From Balanoglossus misakiensis (Eukaryota > Animalia > Hemichordata): a stretch of DNA of 64,000 bases. The notes beneath the pieces are model-generated. The model was not told the DNA's origin. It saw only the letters and a program-made list of their open reading frames with translations, and did no database searches. The stretch's first letter is position 1. Each line of letters starts with the position of its first letter. The DNA is taken from the NCBI GenBank assembly GCA_040954595.2, contig CM082594.2:2463219-2527218 (forward strand). The letters are read 5' to 3'. Shown here piece after piece: positions 24,724-38,719 of the stretch. The translations under genes and the position numbers were made by a program.

Positions 24724-24891
24724 TCAGCTTGAGAATCTTGCTGCAATATGGATGCTGCCCGTGGCATTCGGGTTCGGCCACTCCACTAACACGGCGAACA
24801 CGGAATCCATTATGTTCGCCTTTTGCGTGTGTGCAGTAGAAGTCACCATTGCCAGCAGGAGAAAGCTGATGAAGGTTGCTACCTTCGCCAT
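24724..24891 (-). CDS. 55-aa signal-peptide ORF, unit 2
   Basis: Same protein as unit 1, with two synonymous differences (GTA>GTG, CCC>CCG). Confidence 0.45.
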   Translation of the reverse strand: MAKVATFISFLLLAMVTSTAHTQKANIMDSVFAVLVEWPNPNATGSIHIAARFSS

Positions 24892-25338
24892 GGCGAGGAA
24901 TTAAGTCAGTTTACCAATGGCAGTCACATTGCACTCACATGAGAATCGGCTGTTGTATTTAATGAGTGTACCCCCGTACCTAAGGCAAACACCACACACA
25001 ATACAATGCATGTAGAGAAAAGGGAAAGTTGACACACTGTCCAACCACTACCGGTATTACGCAGTGGTTGCCCATGACGATCAATAATAGGAAAGCGAAA
25101 CTATCCCTTGCATGTTAAGAGTTAACCCATTCAAACGCTCTGGAGGGGCAAGTCCCTCCAATTCAACGCGTACATGTACACGTATGCTGGTAGAGAGACA
25201 AACGTTAACGAGGGATATGAATGGACAATTTTCATGAGCTATATATATATAACCCATGAAAAACGTCCAAAAATGACAGAATGGCCAATATTAGCAAGTT
25301 CGGGAATTTGTCATTTTTGACAATTTTCAAAATAGGCC

Positions 25339-25713
25339 CATTCTCGCAAGCCAGAGCCGACCGTGTTTCCGCTCCGCGGAGCTACGCAAAAAACGGGCTC
25401 TGGCAGATTACAGTAGGGAACCCCGGAATTTAGGACGTAGACTAATGAATTATTCATGAGAAACGACATTGGAATTAGCCAATCAGTAGTCGTTTTATCG
25501 CGAGCTCTTCGGCTGCTGTCAGCTTTAAATCCGCCATTTTGCACTGTCATTTAAATAAGTTATGCAGTTTTATGAGACGGGCTCTCTGATTGGTTCCTTT
25601 GTCTGGCTGCTGGAACTGACGCTGGGATCCGCGAAAACCTTCCAAATCCACCACGGCCTGTTGGCGGTAGCGCGTAGCAGTTGCCGTAAACAGGTCGTGG
25701 TTTTACGACGATG
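25339..25713. mobile_element. 375-bp insertion with 8-bp TSD, private to unit 2
   Basis: AATAGGCC at 25331-25338 and 25714-25721. Units 1 and 3 have a single AATAGGCC. Ends CAT...ATG with only weak TIRs. Confidence 0.88.
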
Positions 25714-27358
25714 AATAGGCCTAAATCCCATCGAGCGCTGGGCCTGTACTCGTGTCGATATTTCAATATTGGCTATTTGGATTTGGAAAGAACTTGATGC
25801 AATATGTACGTTTATCAATGCGATGGACATTGTTTTCAACACCAATAATATTTATATCCCTGCACCAGAATAGACCTGTACTGGTCATTTTGCTCTGTTT
25901 GTGGGAGATACAAAAACACGACACAACCAGAATTGGCGAAAATGGCCAAGAGATACTGACCCTTTATTGCAAAGTTAACAATGTGTAAAGATGATGAAAA
26001 CTTCCTCGCCAGTTGCCTGCCTCAATAAAACAGCAAAAACCTCAACAGGGTAGGTATAGGTCAAAGGTCAACTGGCGAGGAAAATTAACATAACACTAAA
26101 CACTGTAAAATAGGTACATAAAGAATCTCCCACAAAGGTGTGGGCCTAAAAACGCCTCTAACAACTACAATCCAATGCGACAATGAGATAAGTAAAGATA
26201 CAAAGTCCATATAAGCTCTAAAATACATATAACTCCGTCCCACACGACCTACAATGTAGGTAGGGGGAGGTAGATGGGGAGGCGGTGGGAGTGAAAAATA
26301 TAATATTTAAAGCCTAATCACTCCGCTCAAGAATATTGCCTATTATTAAGGATTGGGAAGCTCGCATTGTTGAAGGCATATCCTGAGTGAAGTGCAGGCC
26401 AACCATACCAACGGAAACAAGGGGGGGGGGGGGCGGGCGGGCGGGGAAATTGCCCCTTACAACTAGTGCCTATCCGTCCAACATTCCCTTTGGCCCTCTA
26501 CCTTAAGGCCATTTGTCTTACCCCCTATCCTTTGTTATATTCCTTGTAGCTTCTGCCCTTCCCTGTGCGAGGAAATGACACAGAGTCTTTTGCCCTGTTC
26601 TTCTTTTATACCTTTGTCATTCTTATGAATATTAATGAGATAACACCTGGCGGAATATTATCGCTACGTGATTAGGTTTTGAATATTCGAGGAGATGAAC
26701 CAGCTCGTTGTCTTGAAGTCACGGCTGTAAAATGGAAAAGGCTGTTCCTAGTATTGACTCCCCCCTTATAGGGAACTGCAAATATTGTCAAGGCGGGAAA
26801 AATGAAGTTGCTCTTCCATGAAGTGTCTCCCCCCGGAGACTAAAGTGCTGTAAACCTCCCCGTCGGATAATAGAAAACTGTAAAACTTGATCACTAAGAA
26901 GCATGTCTATAAATGCGATTATAATAGTGATTATAATCGTGCTTTTATATCCCTGCACCAGAATAGACCTGTACTGGTCATTTTGCTCTGTTTGTGGGAG
27001 ATACAAAAACACGACACAACCAGAATTGGCGAAAAATGGCCAAGAGATATTGACCCTTTATTGCAAAGTTAAAATGTGTAAAGATGATGAAAAATTCCTC
27101 GCCAGTTGCCAGCCTCAATAAAACAGCAAAAACCTCAACAAGGTAGGTATAGGTCAAAGGTCAACTGGCGAGGAAAATTAACATAACACTAAACACTGTA
27201 AAATAGGTACATAAAGAATCTCCCACAAAGGTGTGGGCCTAAAAACGCCATAAGCCACACCCTGGTGTGGCCGCCCCGTCCAAAATGACCAGACCACCCC
27301 AGGGAAGGACCCTAAAACACCATCCCCTGCTCTGGATAGCCATAAGCCTAAAACTTGG

Positions 27359-28283
27359 TTACCAAGATGCTGGTTGCCTAATGTACCCCTTAAAAGCATC
27401 TGACCTCCACCTGCCTAAGGCGCGTATCTGTGCATCAGACAAACCGTCGTCTTTAGCAGCTTGAGAGGCTGCTCCTATCCTAAAGCTATGTCCCTTGAAC
27501 CTGTCTACCTCAAAGCCGCAAAAAGTGAGCGAACGCCTAAGCTGTGCCGTGAAATCTCCCCGTCCTATGCCTAACGGCCCTGGCATGCAGAAAAGAGGGC
27601 CAGGCTCACCCCCCCCCCCCTCAAACGACTAAATTCCCACAATGCCTGAACCGGACACAAGTCAGACCTAAGAACCTTCTGAAATTTGATAACAAACACA
27701 TCGCCTGGTTTACTGTGCTTAAATTGAATAAGGACACAGTTGCTGACTGTGGCAAACCTGCGCCAACCTGAAACTCCAACTGGTGGAAAAGAATGGCTTT
27801 TCCAACATCAAACCTATTCCTAACAGTGATTTCCCCAATCCTGAGGAACCCATAGAAGGCTGATAAGAACATAGCCTTAAAAAGAGATCGCTGATAAACA
27901 GATGTGACCACATTTGGAATGGCCTTAATCAGACGAAGTAGGATATCCCTAGTGATAGGGAGACGATCATCTCGTTGATGCACCAGCTTACGGTATGACT
28001 GGACCAATTTGTGAACCAAAAAGGACTTAGTAGGGTCCTGCAAGCCTGCAAGTTTATGAACGTAGCTAATGGCTGACAAATAGGTAGAAACAGTGGATGG
28101 GGCAAGGTGTTGCCTAGAGAGGTGACCAATAAACAATGTGACCGAGGATTCTGACAGCGGCAGAGATGGACAATGCACCCCTAACTGGCTACCCATGAAC
28201 TATGTAAGAACTCTCCAAGCACGCTGGTAGGTTGACCTGGAAGAACTGTGAAGAGCCTGCTGCAGAAGTCTGCCTACTTCCAT
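27359..28283 (-). pseudogene. Ngaro tyrosine recombinase, copy 2
   Basis: RHRY-type motifs. TAG at 28200-28202 and a frameshift near 27720 split the protein into separate ORFs. Confidence 0.88.
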
Positions 28284-30723
28284 GTCCAATGTATAGGTAG
28301 TAACTGAGACGGCACTGGAGTCGGATAGGTATCCATGCCCCGAGATGCAGACTTGAACTGGCCTACCTGCAAGCGGGAAAGACAGTCTGCCAGAATGTTA
28401 TGCTTACCAGGAATATGTTTAGCTCGAAAAAGAATGTTGTACTGAAGGCTAGTGAGCACAATCCGTCGAACCAAAATCATAAGGTCCCTGTCCTTCGCTG
28501 TTTGTTTATTCAAGACTGACACCAAGGCCTCATTATCAGTGTAGAACATCACACGTTTGTTACATAGCTTTTGTCCCCAAACCTCTAACGCCAGCATGAT
28601 AGGGAATAACTCCAGGACTGCGATATTTAGTGCATGCCAACTAGTAGGCCACTCTCCAAAGAACCAGTGAGAACCAAAAATGCCACCATACCCAAGAGAC
28701 CCAGCTGCATCTGTGAACAAACGAAGTGAGTCGGATGAATGCCACCGATCCTCCATAAAAAACGACTTCCCGTTGTAATGGTCTAGGAACTGTTTCCACA
28801 CTAGGAGGTCTGCTTTAACCTCTCTGGTCAGACGTAAAAAGAAGTGCGACTTCTTGACCCCTTTCGTTAAATCGATCAACCTACGTAAAAATGCCCGTCC
28901 TGGGAGCACCACCAAACAAGCAAAATTTAAGGTCCCAACCAATGACTGAATTTCCTGTAGCCTAACCTTTCTTCTAGCCAAAAAGGAATTGATCAAGTTG
29001 CGGCACCGAAACAATTTATCCTCTGGGAGCCTAGATTCTCCTAATACAGTGTCTAATTCGATACCTGCGAAAACCAAAGTAGTACTGGGCCCCATGGTCT
29101 TATCCTGAGCAATAGGAACCCCCAGCTCTGCACAAAAACCTAGGAATGTCTGTAGATCCGCTGAACACCGTTCTTTGTTACTAGCCAGAAAAAGGAAATC
29201 GTCTAGAATGTGAATAACAGCCTCCACGCCTGCCACCTGATGAGACATCCACTCTAATGCAGTACTAAACTGTTCAAAAATGCGACAGGACGACGAACAC
29301 CCCATAGGCAGACATCTATCAAAGAAGAAACACCCATCCCACTTGAAACCCAACAAGCAATGATCCTGAGGTGCCACTGGTATGATTCTAAATGCTGACT
29401 TGATGTCAGTCTTAGCCAAAAAACATCCTGGGCCCAACCTCAAAATGATCCGAACTGCATCATCAATGGTGGCATACTGAACACTTGCCAACTCAGGAGG
29501 AATACCGTCATTAACTGATGACCCCGGAGGAAAAGAAAGGTGGTGAATAAGACCCAATGGGGAAATGTGGAAGTTGGGAAAAGGTGGTGAACGAAAGGGC
29601 CCTGCGACCCTGCCTGCATGTACCTCAGAAGTAAGCATGGCCCTAAGGCTGCATTCACAAACACCTCTGGAGGGGGGGACGGGAGAATTGAGGGGGGGGG
29701 GATTTGAAAAAATTGAGGGTATGTAAGGGGGGATTTGAAATTATTTAGGGACTGAAAAGGGGGGACTTGAAAACTTTGACGACTAAATGTTTATTTTGAG
29801 TCAACAAAAATGCAGTTTCGCGCCCTTTATTTTACAAAAGTTTCTAATGTGCGAGGGGGACACCCCCTCCCACACCCACCCCCTCCATTCATCAACACCT
29901 TTCAATCATTGACTGGTTTATCTAGTGTCCCAGGTCAGGGGACTTGCCCCCACCCCATGATAACTTTTGAGCGGCGACGGTTAAATTTGTCCTCCCCAAC
30001 ATACCGGTAGTTGAGTTAATTTGCTTTTGCCGGGCTCTGTATTTTATAAAATTTTCTTACGTGGGAGGGGGACACCCCCTCCCAAACCCACCCCTTCAAT
30101 TCTCGGTTTACAGTGTCTCCCAACACAGAATACAAATACTTAAAAAATAATAACAATGTTCAGTTTTAATACCCACTGATGAGGGGAAACATCAGTTTCA
30201 AATTCTTTTCATGGGAGGGCTGTTTTTCTTTTTTACAAGATATGATGTGTTTTGCTCTGTGAAAGAAAATGGGGGGGGGGGATTTCAAAATTTTGGCAGT
30301 TCCGAAGGGGGGGGATTTGAAAATATTTCGGGTTGTATAGGGGGGCATGTGAAAATTAGCGGTAAAAAAAATTGAATTCTCCCCCCCCCCCTCCAGAGGT
30401 GTTTGTGAATGCAGCCTAACTGCTTCGGGATTGTCAAGTGCAGACTTCAAATTAGGGGATGACCCCCCGCCCCTATGACCACAGTAATTTATCGAAAAAC
30501 CATGTGAAAAACCTGCCAACAAATACGCCGCCTTGCCCTTGTCGTAGCCGTGTAGAAACTGCCTAAGAACTTGAACCTTTACTGGTGACACTATTATTGG
30601 CAACGGAGGGCTGTTTGGACACCACAGAAGCTCTGGAAGCGTGGTAGGGACCTCCTCCTTTTCCAGAGTGAAAGGGCTGATGGACTCCTTCCCCACTGCT
30701 GAGACTAGATGAGCTTTTGACAC
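28274..30723 (-). pseudogene. Ngaro RT/RNase H, copy 2, split by a MITE
   Basis: 454-aa RT/RH ORF at 28274-29638, plus the N-terminal part beyond the MITE. Confidence 0.9.
29647..30416. mobile_element. PIF/Harbinger-type MITE in Ngaro RT, copy 2
   Basis: GGCTGC...GCAGCC TIRs, TAA TSD, same insertion site as copy 1. Confidence 0.9.
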
Positions 30724-31674
30724 TACACATGGAAATGGGATGGTTTGCCCCGCACTTAAAGCACTTGTGGTCGAAGCGACATCCAGGGCAGAACTTTCCC
30801 GAGTGAAAACGCCAACAAACCCCTTTCGGAAAGGACGTACTGGAGAAACCCGAAATGAAACTGTTACTGCTAGACATGGGGGCAGCCCGATCAGAAGACA
30901 AATTCTTAACCCTATGTATGGCCTGTAACCACAACTCCCAGTGAATCTGGTCCCAAGGAACAGGAGTCGACTGCTTCATAAAGCGAAACTGCTCATCGTA
31001 AAACTTTCAACCCGCTTTTTTGGCAGCTAGATCCCGCACCACTTCCCCATACTTCAAAAGGCCTGCAATGTCTTCAGGCTTTCTCAATGTGTACACAGCT
31101 ACAAAGATGTTAAAAGCTGAAATCCACTGCTCAATGTAAGTAATTGTCTTAGCACTAGCAACGGGCTCTAGACATACCTGAGGCCTACCAACACTATCAG
31201 ATAAAGCGACGGTGTATTTACCATCACGCAGGGAGGGATTGATGAGCAAAGACGCAAAATCGATGTAATCACCTGCCCAGATTTTAGCCTTAACCATATC
31301 CGACACCCTTGTAACCAAGGGCATGGATTGGCTTGCAAACAATGTGGTAGGTTGACGCTCTGTCTCAGACCCCTGAATAGTAGGTGTTCATCCTGGACCT
31401 GACCTTGTGGTAACGAATCAACTTGCACCTCTGGACCAGTAATGTCATAGATGACTTGATTGGCGACTGATGAAGATGCGGTGGCTGTCGCTGTAGGTGG
31501 GCTTGCAGCGGGAAAAAGGCCGGCGTCTTTAAGACTCTTGACGACTGCCTGAGATATTGAGGTAGCTAACGCATCTGGGTCGATGGTTGAACTTGCGGCC
31601 GGCTGTTCTCCCTGTTGAGAACCTGCCTGGGTTGGTACCTCAGCACTTGATGACGTGGCCTTGCGCTTAGGCAA
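30563..31674 (-). pseudogene. Ngaro gag-like ORF1, copy 2 (nonsense codon at 31007-31009)
   Basis: TGG>TGA relative to copies 1 and 3. Confidence 0.75.
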
Positions 31675-34480
31675 AATTGTCTTGCCCTTCGAAGTAGCTT
31701 TCCGCTTCGATGGCCCCTATTGGCTAAAATAATCGAATAACATAGCTATGTAGGAGTGCCAATAAGATCTGTAAAATGTAAAATAAACTATCAGCAATAT
31801 ACTCCTCAGAAAAACAACCCTTCTAATAAAGGGTATTGTGAGTTAAGTAACGTGAAAAAGGAAAACACCTTATAAATGGCCACCATATGGTTACCGAGAA
31901 AATTGATGTAATCATGTATACATACTTGTGGCATGCATAGCAAAACCACCACTGGGTAACGATAAAATTGCCAGAACGTCACGGACTCGAGGTAACGGTT
32001 CGGCGGGAAAAGTCAAACAAAGTAGCAAAATAAACCTGCTAAAATTGATCATGTGACCCGTCAGGCGGGAATTGCACCGTGAAAAGATGCAAGCACTGAT
32101 TTATAAATGATCCCAACAATAAATCCCGACAAAGACAAATTAAAATAAAAAGAAAACGTCTTTTCTATGAAAAAGACTATCATTTGTATCGCCCGATAAT
32201 TTCTGGCGAGTAAAGATACCTTCACTTGTATCATGTTGCACTCGTACAATGAAAAGTCTAGATGTAATATTATAACCAAGTCTCAAAATTTGAGAGAAGA
32301 AAGTGCGTAATGTAAATGTAAAATGAAAATAAACCACGTAGGTGAAAACCTTGGAAAAAGGTAAAAATGGACGCCGTAATATATCAATGTGGGGCTTGTA
32401 AAACTATACAATAAAATGTAATTACAACTCGGGCTGCAAAACTATGAAATATTAAATAACATATATACCGACAACTACTTCGTAAAAAAGAAAATAGCCT
32501 TAGCATTTACCGCCAATGCTATATGCAATTCTCTACAAAAACCTTATGAATGGTAGGTAATTGGCACTTGCCTGAAAATTCGAAGAAAAAGTGAAAATTC
32601 GAGGAGATGAACCAGCTCGTTGTCTTGAAGTCACGGCTGTAAAATGGAAAAGGCTGTTCCTAGTATTGACTCTCCCCTTATAGGAAACTGCAAATATTGT
32701 CAAGGCGGGAAAAATGAAGTTGCTCTTCCATGAAGTGTCTCCCCCCGGAGACTAAAGTGCTGTAAACCTCCCTGTCGGATAACAGGCGTAGGCTGTAACA
32801 TGGAAGATGGTTTCGCCACACCTGGAAACGACATAAATGACGGATACCAAAACATCAAGAGCAGTCCAGAAGAATGTTGTGAAGATTGCAAACGCAACAG
32901 TCAGTGTCTCGGATGGACTTTGGCCATTTCTTTCATTATTCGCGTTCTTTGTATCAACCATGTTTCTTGTTCGGCTCTCTGAAGCGCTATGAGAATTATA
33001 TTTGCGGGCCACTGAGATGTTATATTCAAAGTTATACTTACGCATATTTAACATTGAGATGTTTGTATCTTTCAGGTGTCTAACATAAACTACAGCTGAA
33101 TACATCATGATTTAGACAAAGACAGTGGAGAGATATTTTTGTCAAACGACATGTTGAAATTCATAAAAGGTAGTGGTGGGTTGGCATCAAATCTTGATAT
33201 TGTCCATTATGAACGTAATAAAAATAACTAGCATGGTATGAAAAGTCTCGAGTCGTTGTATTCTGTAACTCTTTTAACAATATTTCCCGAAATTGTTTAT
33301 GGTAAAGATACACTGTGGTGCATCCTTTCTGCATATTTGTTGGATTTACGTTTTAATCACGATTAGGGAATTTTCATTTATTATGCGAGGGTGGGTCGGT
33401 TGGTCATGTCAAAGGTGACCCCCGGCACATTTCTAAAATGCGAATGGCAAATGTTGATTGAGGTAATGTACGCCATGCGCTTTCAAGATGATGAATTGGC
33501 AACTAATCAGTTCGGACATTAAATACCCATCTTCGCCTGCATGTTAACAATTGTACATGTCGATCTGGTCGCTATATACAGATGGGCAGACAGACAGCTA
33601 TGCAGGCAGGAGAGAATACGCTTGAGAAAATTCACATTGTGAGCTTACATCAACTCGCCGACCCAACTGTGTGCGAATAATAGTTGGAAACAATTGGACA
33701 ATACCGTGATATTTAGAATGTTTCATGAACGACTGATTCTTTTAGAGTCTTATCTAGGCCTATATGTGTAACATCTGTTCTGTTCGATTCTCTACCATGA
33801 CATTATTATAGTTGAAAACACCAACCAAATGTTCTCTTATGAGCTATTCATATTTGCTTCGAGTATTGTGCTACCTGTATGCTTGAATTATCTGTGCGTC
33901 TGCTCTCCCCTGTTAACATTCAGTTTAAAACCATTTATCGTTGCAAATGAAGTCGCACGCAAACTGTTAATAGGTAAATTCAAGTATTCGACTTATCCCA
34001 AACATTTTCCAGTGCTAGGTGTTCATAATATACGACGTCATACAAAGGATCTTCAAGGTCGCAAGTATTATTGAATGACCAACACAAATGAGAAAACATT
34101 AGTTACCCAGGCTATGCAGTATATGAAATTGCCTGTACGTGTCTCATCATGCACTCGTTAGGTAGTTGTAGGGGCACGTTTTAGCTACAGTGAATCTTTA
34201 GTTTAAATTGTGTTTATTTTTTACCTCTGACGGCATTGTTGAAATGTCGTAGGTACCCTATATAGCAATGCAAGCATTGTGAAATGTCCCGCATTCTGAG
34301 TAATATATGAACACGCCTGTGTACATATTTGGTCAATACCTTTGGGCGAGGGGACTGCATATTTCACTGAAGAATATTTCCATCCTTCCATCCATCCACG
34401 TACCAATCCATTCGTTCTTCCGTTCATCCATTTGTTCGTTCCTTAGTTCACTAACTCACTCACTCGTGCATTCATCAAAA

Positions 34481-35410
34481 ATGGCAAATGAGTGGCCAGG
34501 ATTTTTCTACGATGGATTCTTCTTTATTGACTCCCTGCACGATAAGGACACTGTGAAAAAACACAGGCTGAATGACTGGGATATCAGAAGCGACGATATC
34601 GTCATCGCAACCTTTCCCAAATCAGGGACGTATTGGATGATCAACGCAGTGACAAAGATGTTTGGAGATATAAATTTACTGCTGCCGAAGACCAAGAGTG
34701 CAGTCCGTCTCGATCAATTGTGCGAGAGTTCGGAGGATAAACCCGGCAGGTACGGAGACCAGACGAGGGCCTTGAAAACGTCTTTACATGAGATGCCTTC
34801 ACCAAGGTTATTGTATTGTCACCTGCCCTTCCAATTCTATCCAACAGCATGGAAAGAAGGCCGCATGAAATGCAAGGTAATTTACATAACGAGAAACCCG
34901 AAAGATGTCTGTGTATCGTTCTACCATAATATGAAGGATATGAAGTTGTTTGGCATGAGAATGAGCTGGGAAAATTGGGTGCCCGCTTTTATAGAGGGTA
35001 GAACGTGGTGTGGACCCTGGTTGGATCACGTGATCGCCTCAAGACGCCTGGTCGAGCAGTATGGCCAGCAAGAAGGAGTGCTGTACGTCACCTATGAAGA
35101 CATGAAAAAGGATCTGAAGTCTGTCTTGGCCCGAGTTGCTGACTTTCTAGATCGCCCTATGCCCGATAAGGAAATTGAGAGCGTAGTACAGGCCTGCAGC
35201 TTCGGTGCTATGGCCAAGGGGGAAGATTTCTACCGGCGTGTGTGCGCGTGCTCAGACGGGCACGCTTTTACAGATGGAGCGACACATTTACGCAAAGGCG
35301 TGGTCGGCGATTGGAAAAGGCATTTCACAGTTGCACAGAACGAAGCCTTTGACCGTGAAATTACAAGTAAACTGGAGAAATTTGGATTAAATTTGGTGTG
35401 TGAAATGTAG
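34481..35410 (+). CDS. Cytosolic sulfotransferase, copy 3, 309 aa
   Basis: Intact ORF; protein identical to copy 2. Confidence 0.93.
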   Translation: MANEWPGFFYDGFFFIDSLHDKDTVKKHRLNDWDIRSDDIVIATFPKSGTYWMINAVTKMFGDINLLLPKTKSAVRLDQLCESSEDKPGRYGDQTRALKTSLHEMPSPRLLYCHLPFQFYPTAWKEGRMKCKVIYITRNPKDVCVSFYHNMKDMKLFGMRMSWENWVPAFIEGRTWCGPWLDHVIASRRLVEQYGQQEGVLYVTYEDMKKDLKSVLARVADFLDRPMPDKEIESVVQACSFGAMAKGEDFYRRVCACSDGHAFTDGATHLRKGVVGDWKRHFTVAQNEAFDREITSKLEKFGLNLVCEM

Positions 35411-36406
35411 GATACAGAGCGTTGAAATTCGGGTCTGCCAATTTGGCGTTTTGATTTTCTTTCCAATTGACTTTGCATATTAATGTTGTCACTATTTTAG
35501 GCTTCATTCTTCTATAGGCATTCTCTAGCTTCAATTTTCGCTTATGATGTTCTTATGACGATGGTGGTGGTATTATTAATATATTTTGAAGAAATTTCGA
35601 GACAATTGTCGCTCTGTGCTGACAAGAAGAAAATAAAAAAATATTGATATGTTTAATGGCGGGTGTTGTTATCTTCTGTGGCGACTACGCCGTGATGAAA
35701 GTGTGTTGTCGAGGTCAATAAACTCGGAATGTGCTGTAGCCTAAATTGTGAATTATCTGCCGAGGTCAGGCTGCATGAATGCGGGGTCGAATGCCAAAAT
35801 GCAACCAAGCGTTTTAACTGGCTAGTTATACTTTGCGAAACAGCGAAACAACGAAACAGCGAAACAACGAAACAGCGAAACATGGCGATACCATTATTAA
35901 AATAGGGGCCAGTCATCAAGACGGTGGCGTATGATTTTTTTAAAAGTTTCCAAATTAAAACGTAAGCGAGCCAAGAAAACTACAGGTCAGATAAATTGTT
36001 TTCTCGGAAATTCAACATTAGAATCAAATTTGGCGTTGGAAACAAACGGCGGGTCAACGTCCGAAGGATGGAGGGGCGTAACACAACAAACAAATGGAAT
36101 TCCAAATGGAAATGTAACAAGCAAGAAGTGGGTGTAAGGTCATGTGCGCAGCCGACCCGGACCAAGTCTTGCTGATCGGACAATGGTACGAGATTAAATT
36201 ACAGAAAAAAGGCTTCTAATAGAGAACGTAAGAAAACATTAAATTAATTTCTTTATTACATGTAAGAAAACGATGGTTAATTTTGTAAACAACCCGGAAA
36301 TGTGTTTACAGGAAACGCTGTTTTTTAGAGGGTGTGCACTGTAAATATTGGCATTTCCGTTCCGGACTTCCGGTTTCCTTCCAACTCGTGTACAAAGGTC
36401 ATGCAC

Positions 36407-36464
<58 letters not shown>

Positions 36465-36466
36465 CA

Positions 36467-36634
36467 TCAGCTTGAGAATCTTGCTGCAATATGGATGCTG
36501 CCCGTGGCATTCGGGTTCGGCCACTCCACTAACACGGCGAACACGGAATCCATTATGTTCGCCTTTTGCGTGTGTGCAGTAGAAGTCACCATTGCCAGCA
36601 GGAGAAAGCTGATGAAGGTTGCTACCTTCGCCAT
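36467..36634 (-). CDS. 55-aa signal-peptide ORF, unit 3
   Basis: As unit 2. Confidence 0.45.
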   Translation of the reverse strand: MAKVATFISFLLLAMVTSTAHTQKANIMDSVFAVLVEWPNPNATGSIHIAARFSS

Positions 36635-38719
36635 GGCGAGGAATTAAGTCAGTTTACCAATGGCAGTCACATTGCACTCACATGAGAATCGGCTGTTGTA
36701 TTTAATGAGTGTACCCCCGTACCTAAGGCAAACACCACACACAATACAATGCATGTAGAGAAAAGGGAAAGTTGACACACTGTCCAACCACTACCGGTAT
36801 TACGCAGTGGTTGCCCATGACGATCAATAATAGGAAAGCGAAACTATCCCTTGCATGTTAAGAGTTAACCCATTCAAACGCTCTGGAGGGGCAAGTCCCT
36901 CCAATTCAACGCGTACATGTACACGTATGCTGGTAGAGAGACAAACGTTAACGAGGGATATGAATGGACAATTTTCATGAGCTATATATATATAACCCAT
37001 GAAAAACGTCCAAAAATGACAGAATGGCCAATATTAGCAAGTTCGGGAATTTGTCATTTTTGACAATTTTCAAAATAGGCCTAAATCCCATCGAGCGCTG
37101 GGCCTGTACTCGTGTCGATATTTCAATATTGGCTATTTGGATTTGGAAAGAACTTGATGCAATATGTACGTTTATCAATGCGATGGACATTGTTTTCAAC
37201 ACCAATAATATTTATATCCCTGCACCAGAATAGACCTGTACTGGTCATTTTGCTCTGTTTGTGGGAGATACAAAAACACGACACAACCAGAATTGGCGAA
37301 AATGGCCAAGAGATACTGACCCTTTATTGCAAAGTTAACAATGTGTAAAAATGATGAAAACTTCCTCGCCAGTTGCCTGCCTCAATAAAACAGCAAAAAC
37401 CTCAACAGGGTAGGTATAGGTCAAAGGTCAACTGGCGAGGAAAATTAACATAACACTAAACACTGTAAAATAGGTACATAAAGAATCTCCCACAAAGGTG
37501 TGGGCCTAAAAACGCCTCTAACAACTACAATCCAATGCGACAATGAGATAAGTAAAGATACAAAGTCCATATAAGCTCTAAAATACATATACCTCCGTCC
37601 CACACGACCTACAATGTAGGTAGGGGGAGGTAGATGGGGAGGCGGTGGGAGTGAAAAATATAATATTTAAAGCCTAATCACTCCGCTCAAGAATATTGCC
37701 TATTATTAAGGATTGGGAAGCTCGCATTGTTGAAGGCATATCCTGAGTGAAGTGCAGGCCAACCATACCAACGGAAACAGGGGGGGGGGGGGGCGGGCGG
37801 GCGGGGAAATTGCCCCTTACAACTAGTGCCTATCCGTCCAACATTCCCTTTGGCCCTCTACCTTAAGGCCATTTGTCTTACCCCCTATCCTTTGTTATAT
37901 TCCTTGTAGCTTCTGCCCTTCCCTGTGCGAGGAAATGACACAGAGTCTTTTGCCCTGTTCTTCTTTTATACCTTTGTCATTCTTATGAATATCAATGAGA
38001 TAACACCTGGCGGAATATTATCGCTACGTGATTAGGTTTTGAATATTCGAGGAGATGAACCAGCTCGTTGTCTTGAAGTCACGGCTGTAAAATGGAAAAG
38101 GCTGTTCCTAGTATTGACTCCCCCCTTATAGGGAACTGCAAATATTGTCAAGGCGGGAAAAATGAAGTTGCTCTTCCATGAAGTGTCTCCCCCCGGAGAC
38201 TAAAGTGCTGTAAACCTCCCCGTCGGATAATAGAAAACTGTAAAACTTGATCACTAAGAAGCATGTCTATAAATGCGATTATAATAGTGATTATAATCGT
38301 GCTTTTATATCCCTGCACCAGAATAGACCTGTACTGGTCATTTTGCTCTGTTTGTGGGAGATACAAAAACACGACACAACCAGAATTGGCGAAAAATGGC
38401 CAAGAGATATTGACCCTTTATTGCAAAGTTAAAATGTGTAAAGATGATGAAAAATTCCTCGCCAGTTGCCAGCCTCAATAAAACAGCAAAAACCTCAACA
38501 AGGTAGGTATAGGTCAAAGGTCAACTGGCGAGGAAAATTAACATAACACTAAACACTGTAAAATAGGTACATAAAGAATCTCCCACAAAGGTGTGGGCCT
38601 AAAAACGCCATAAGCCACACCCTGGTGTGGCCGCCCCACCCAAAATGACCAGACCACCCCAGGGAAGGACCCTAAAAACACCATCCCCTGCTCTGGATAG
38701 CCATAAGCCTAAAACTTGG

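Larger units (their letters stand above)
25845..32782 (-). mobile_element. Ngaro-type retrotransposon, copy 2, disabled
   Basis: Same A1/B1/A2/B2 layout, ORFs and flanks as copy 1. Confidence 0.9.
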
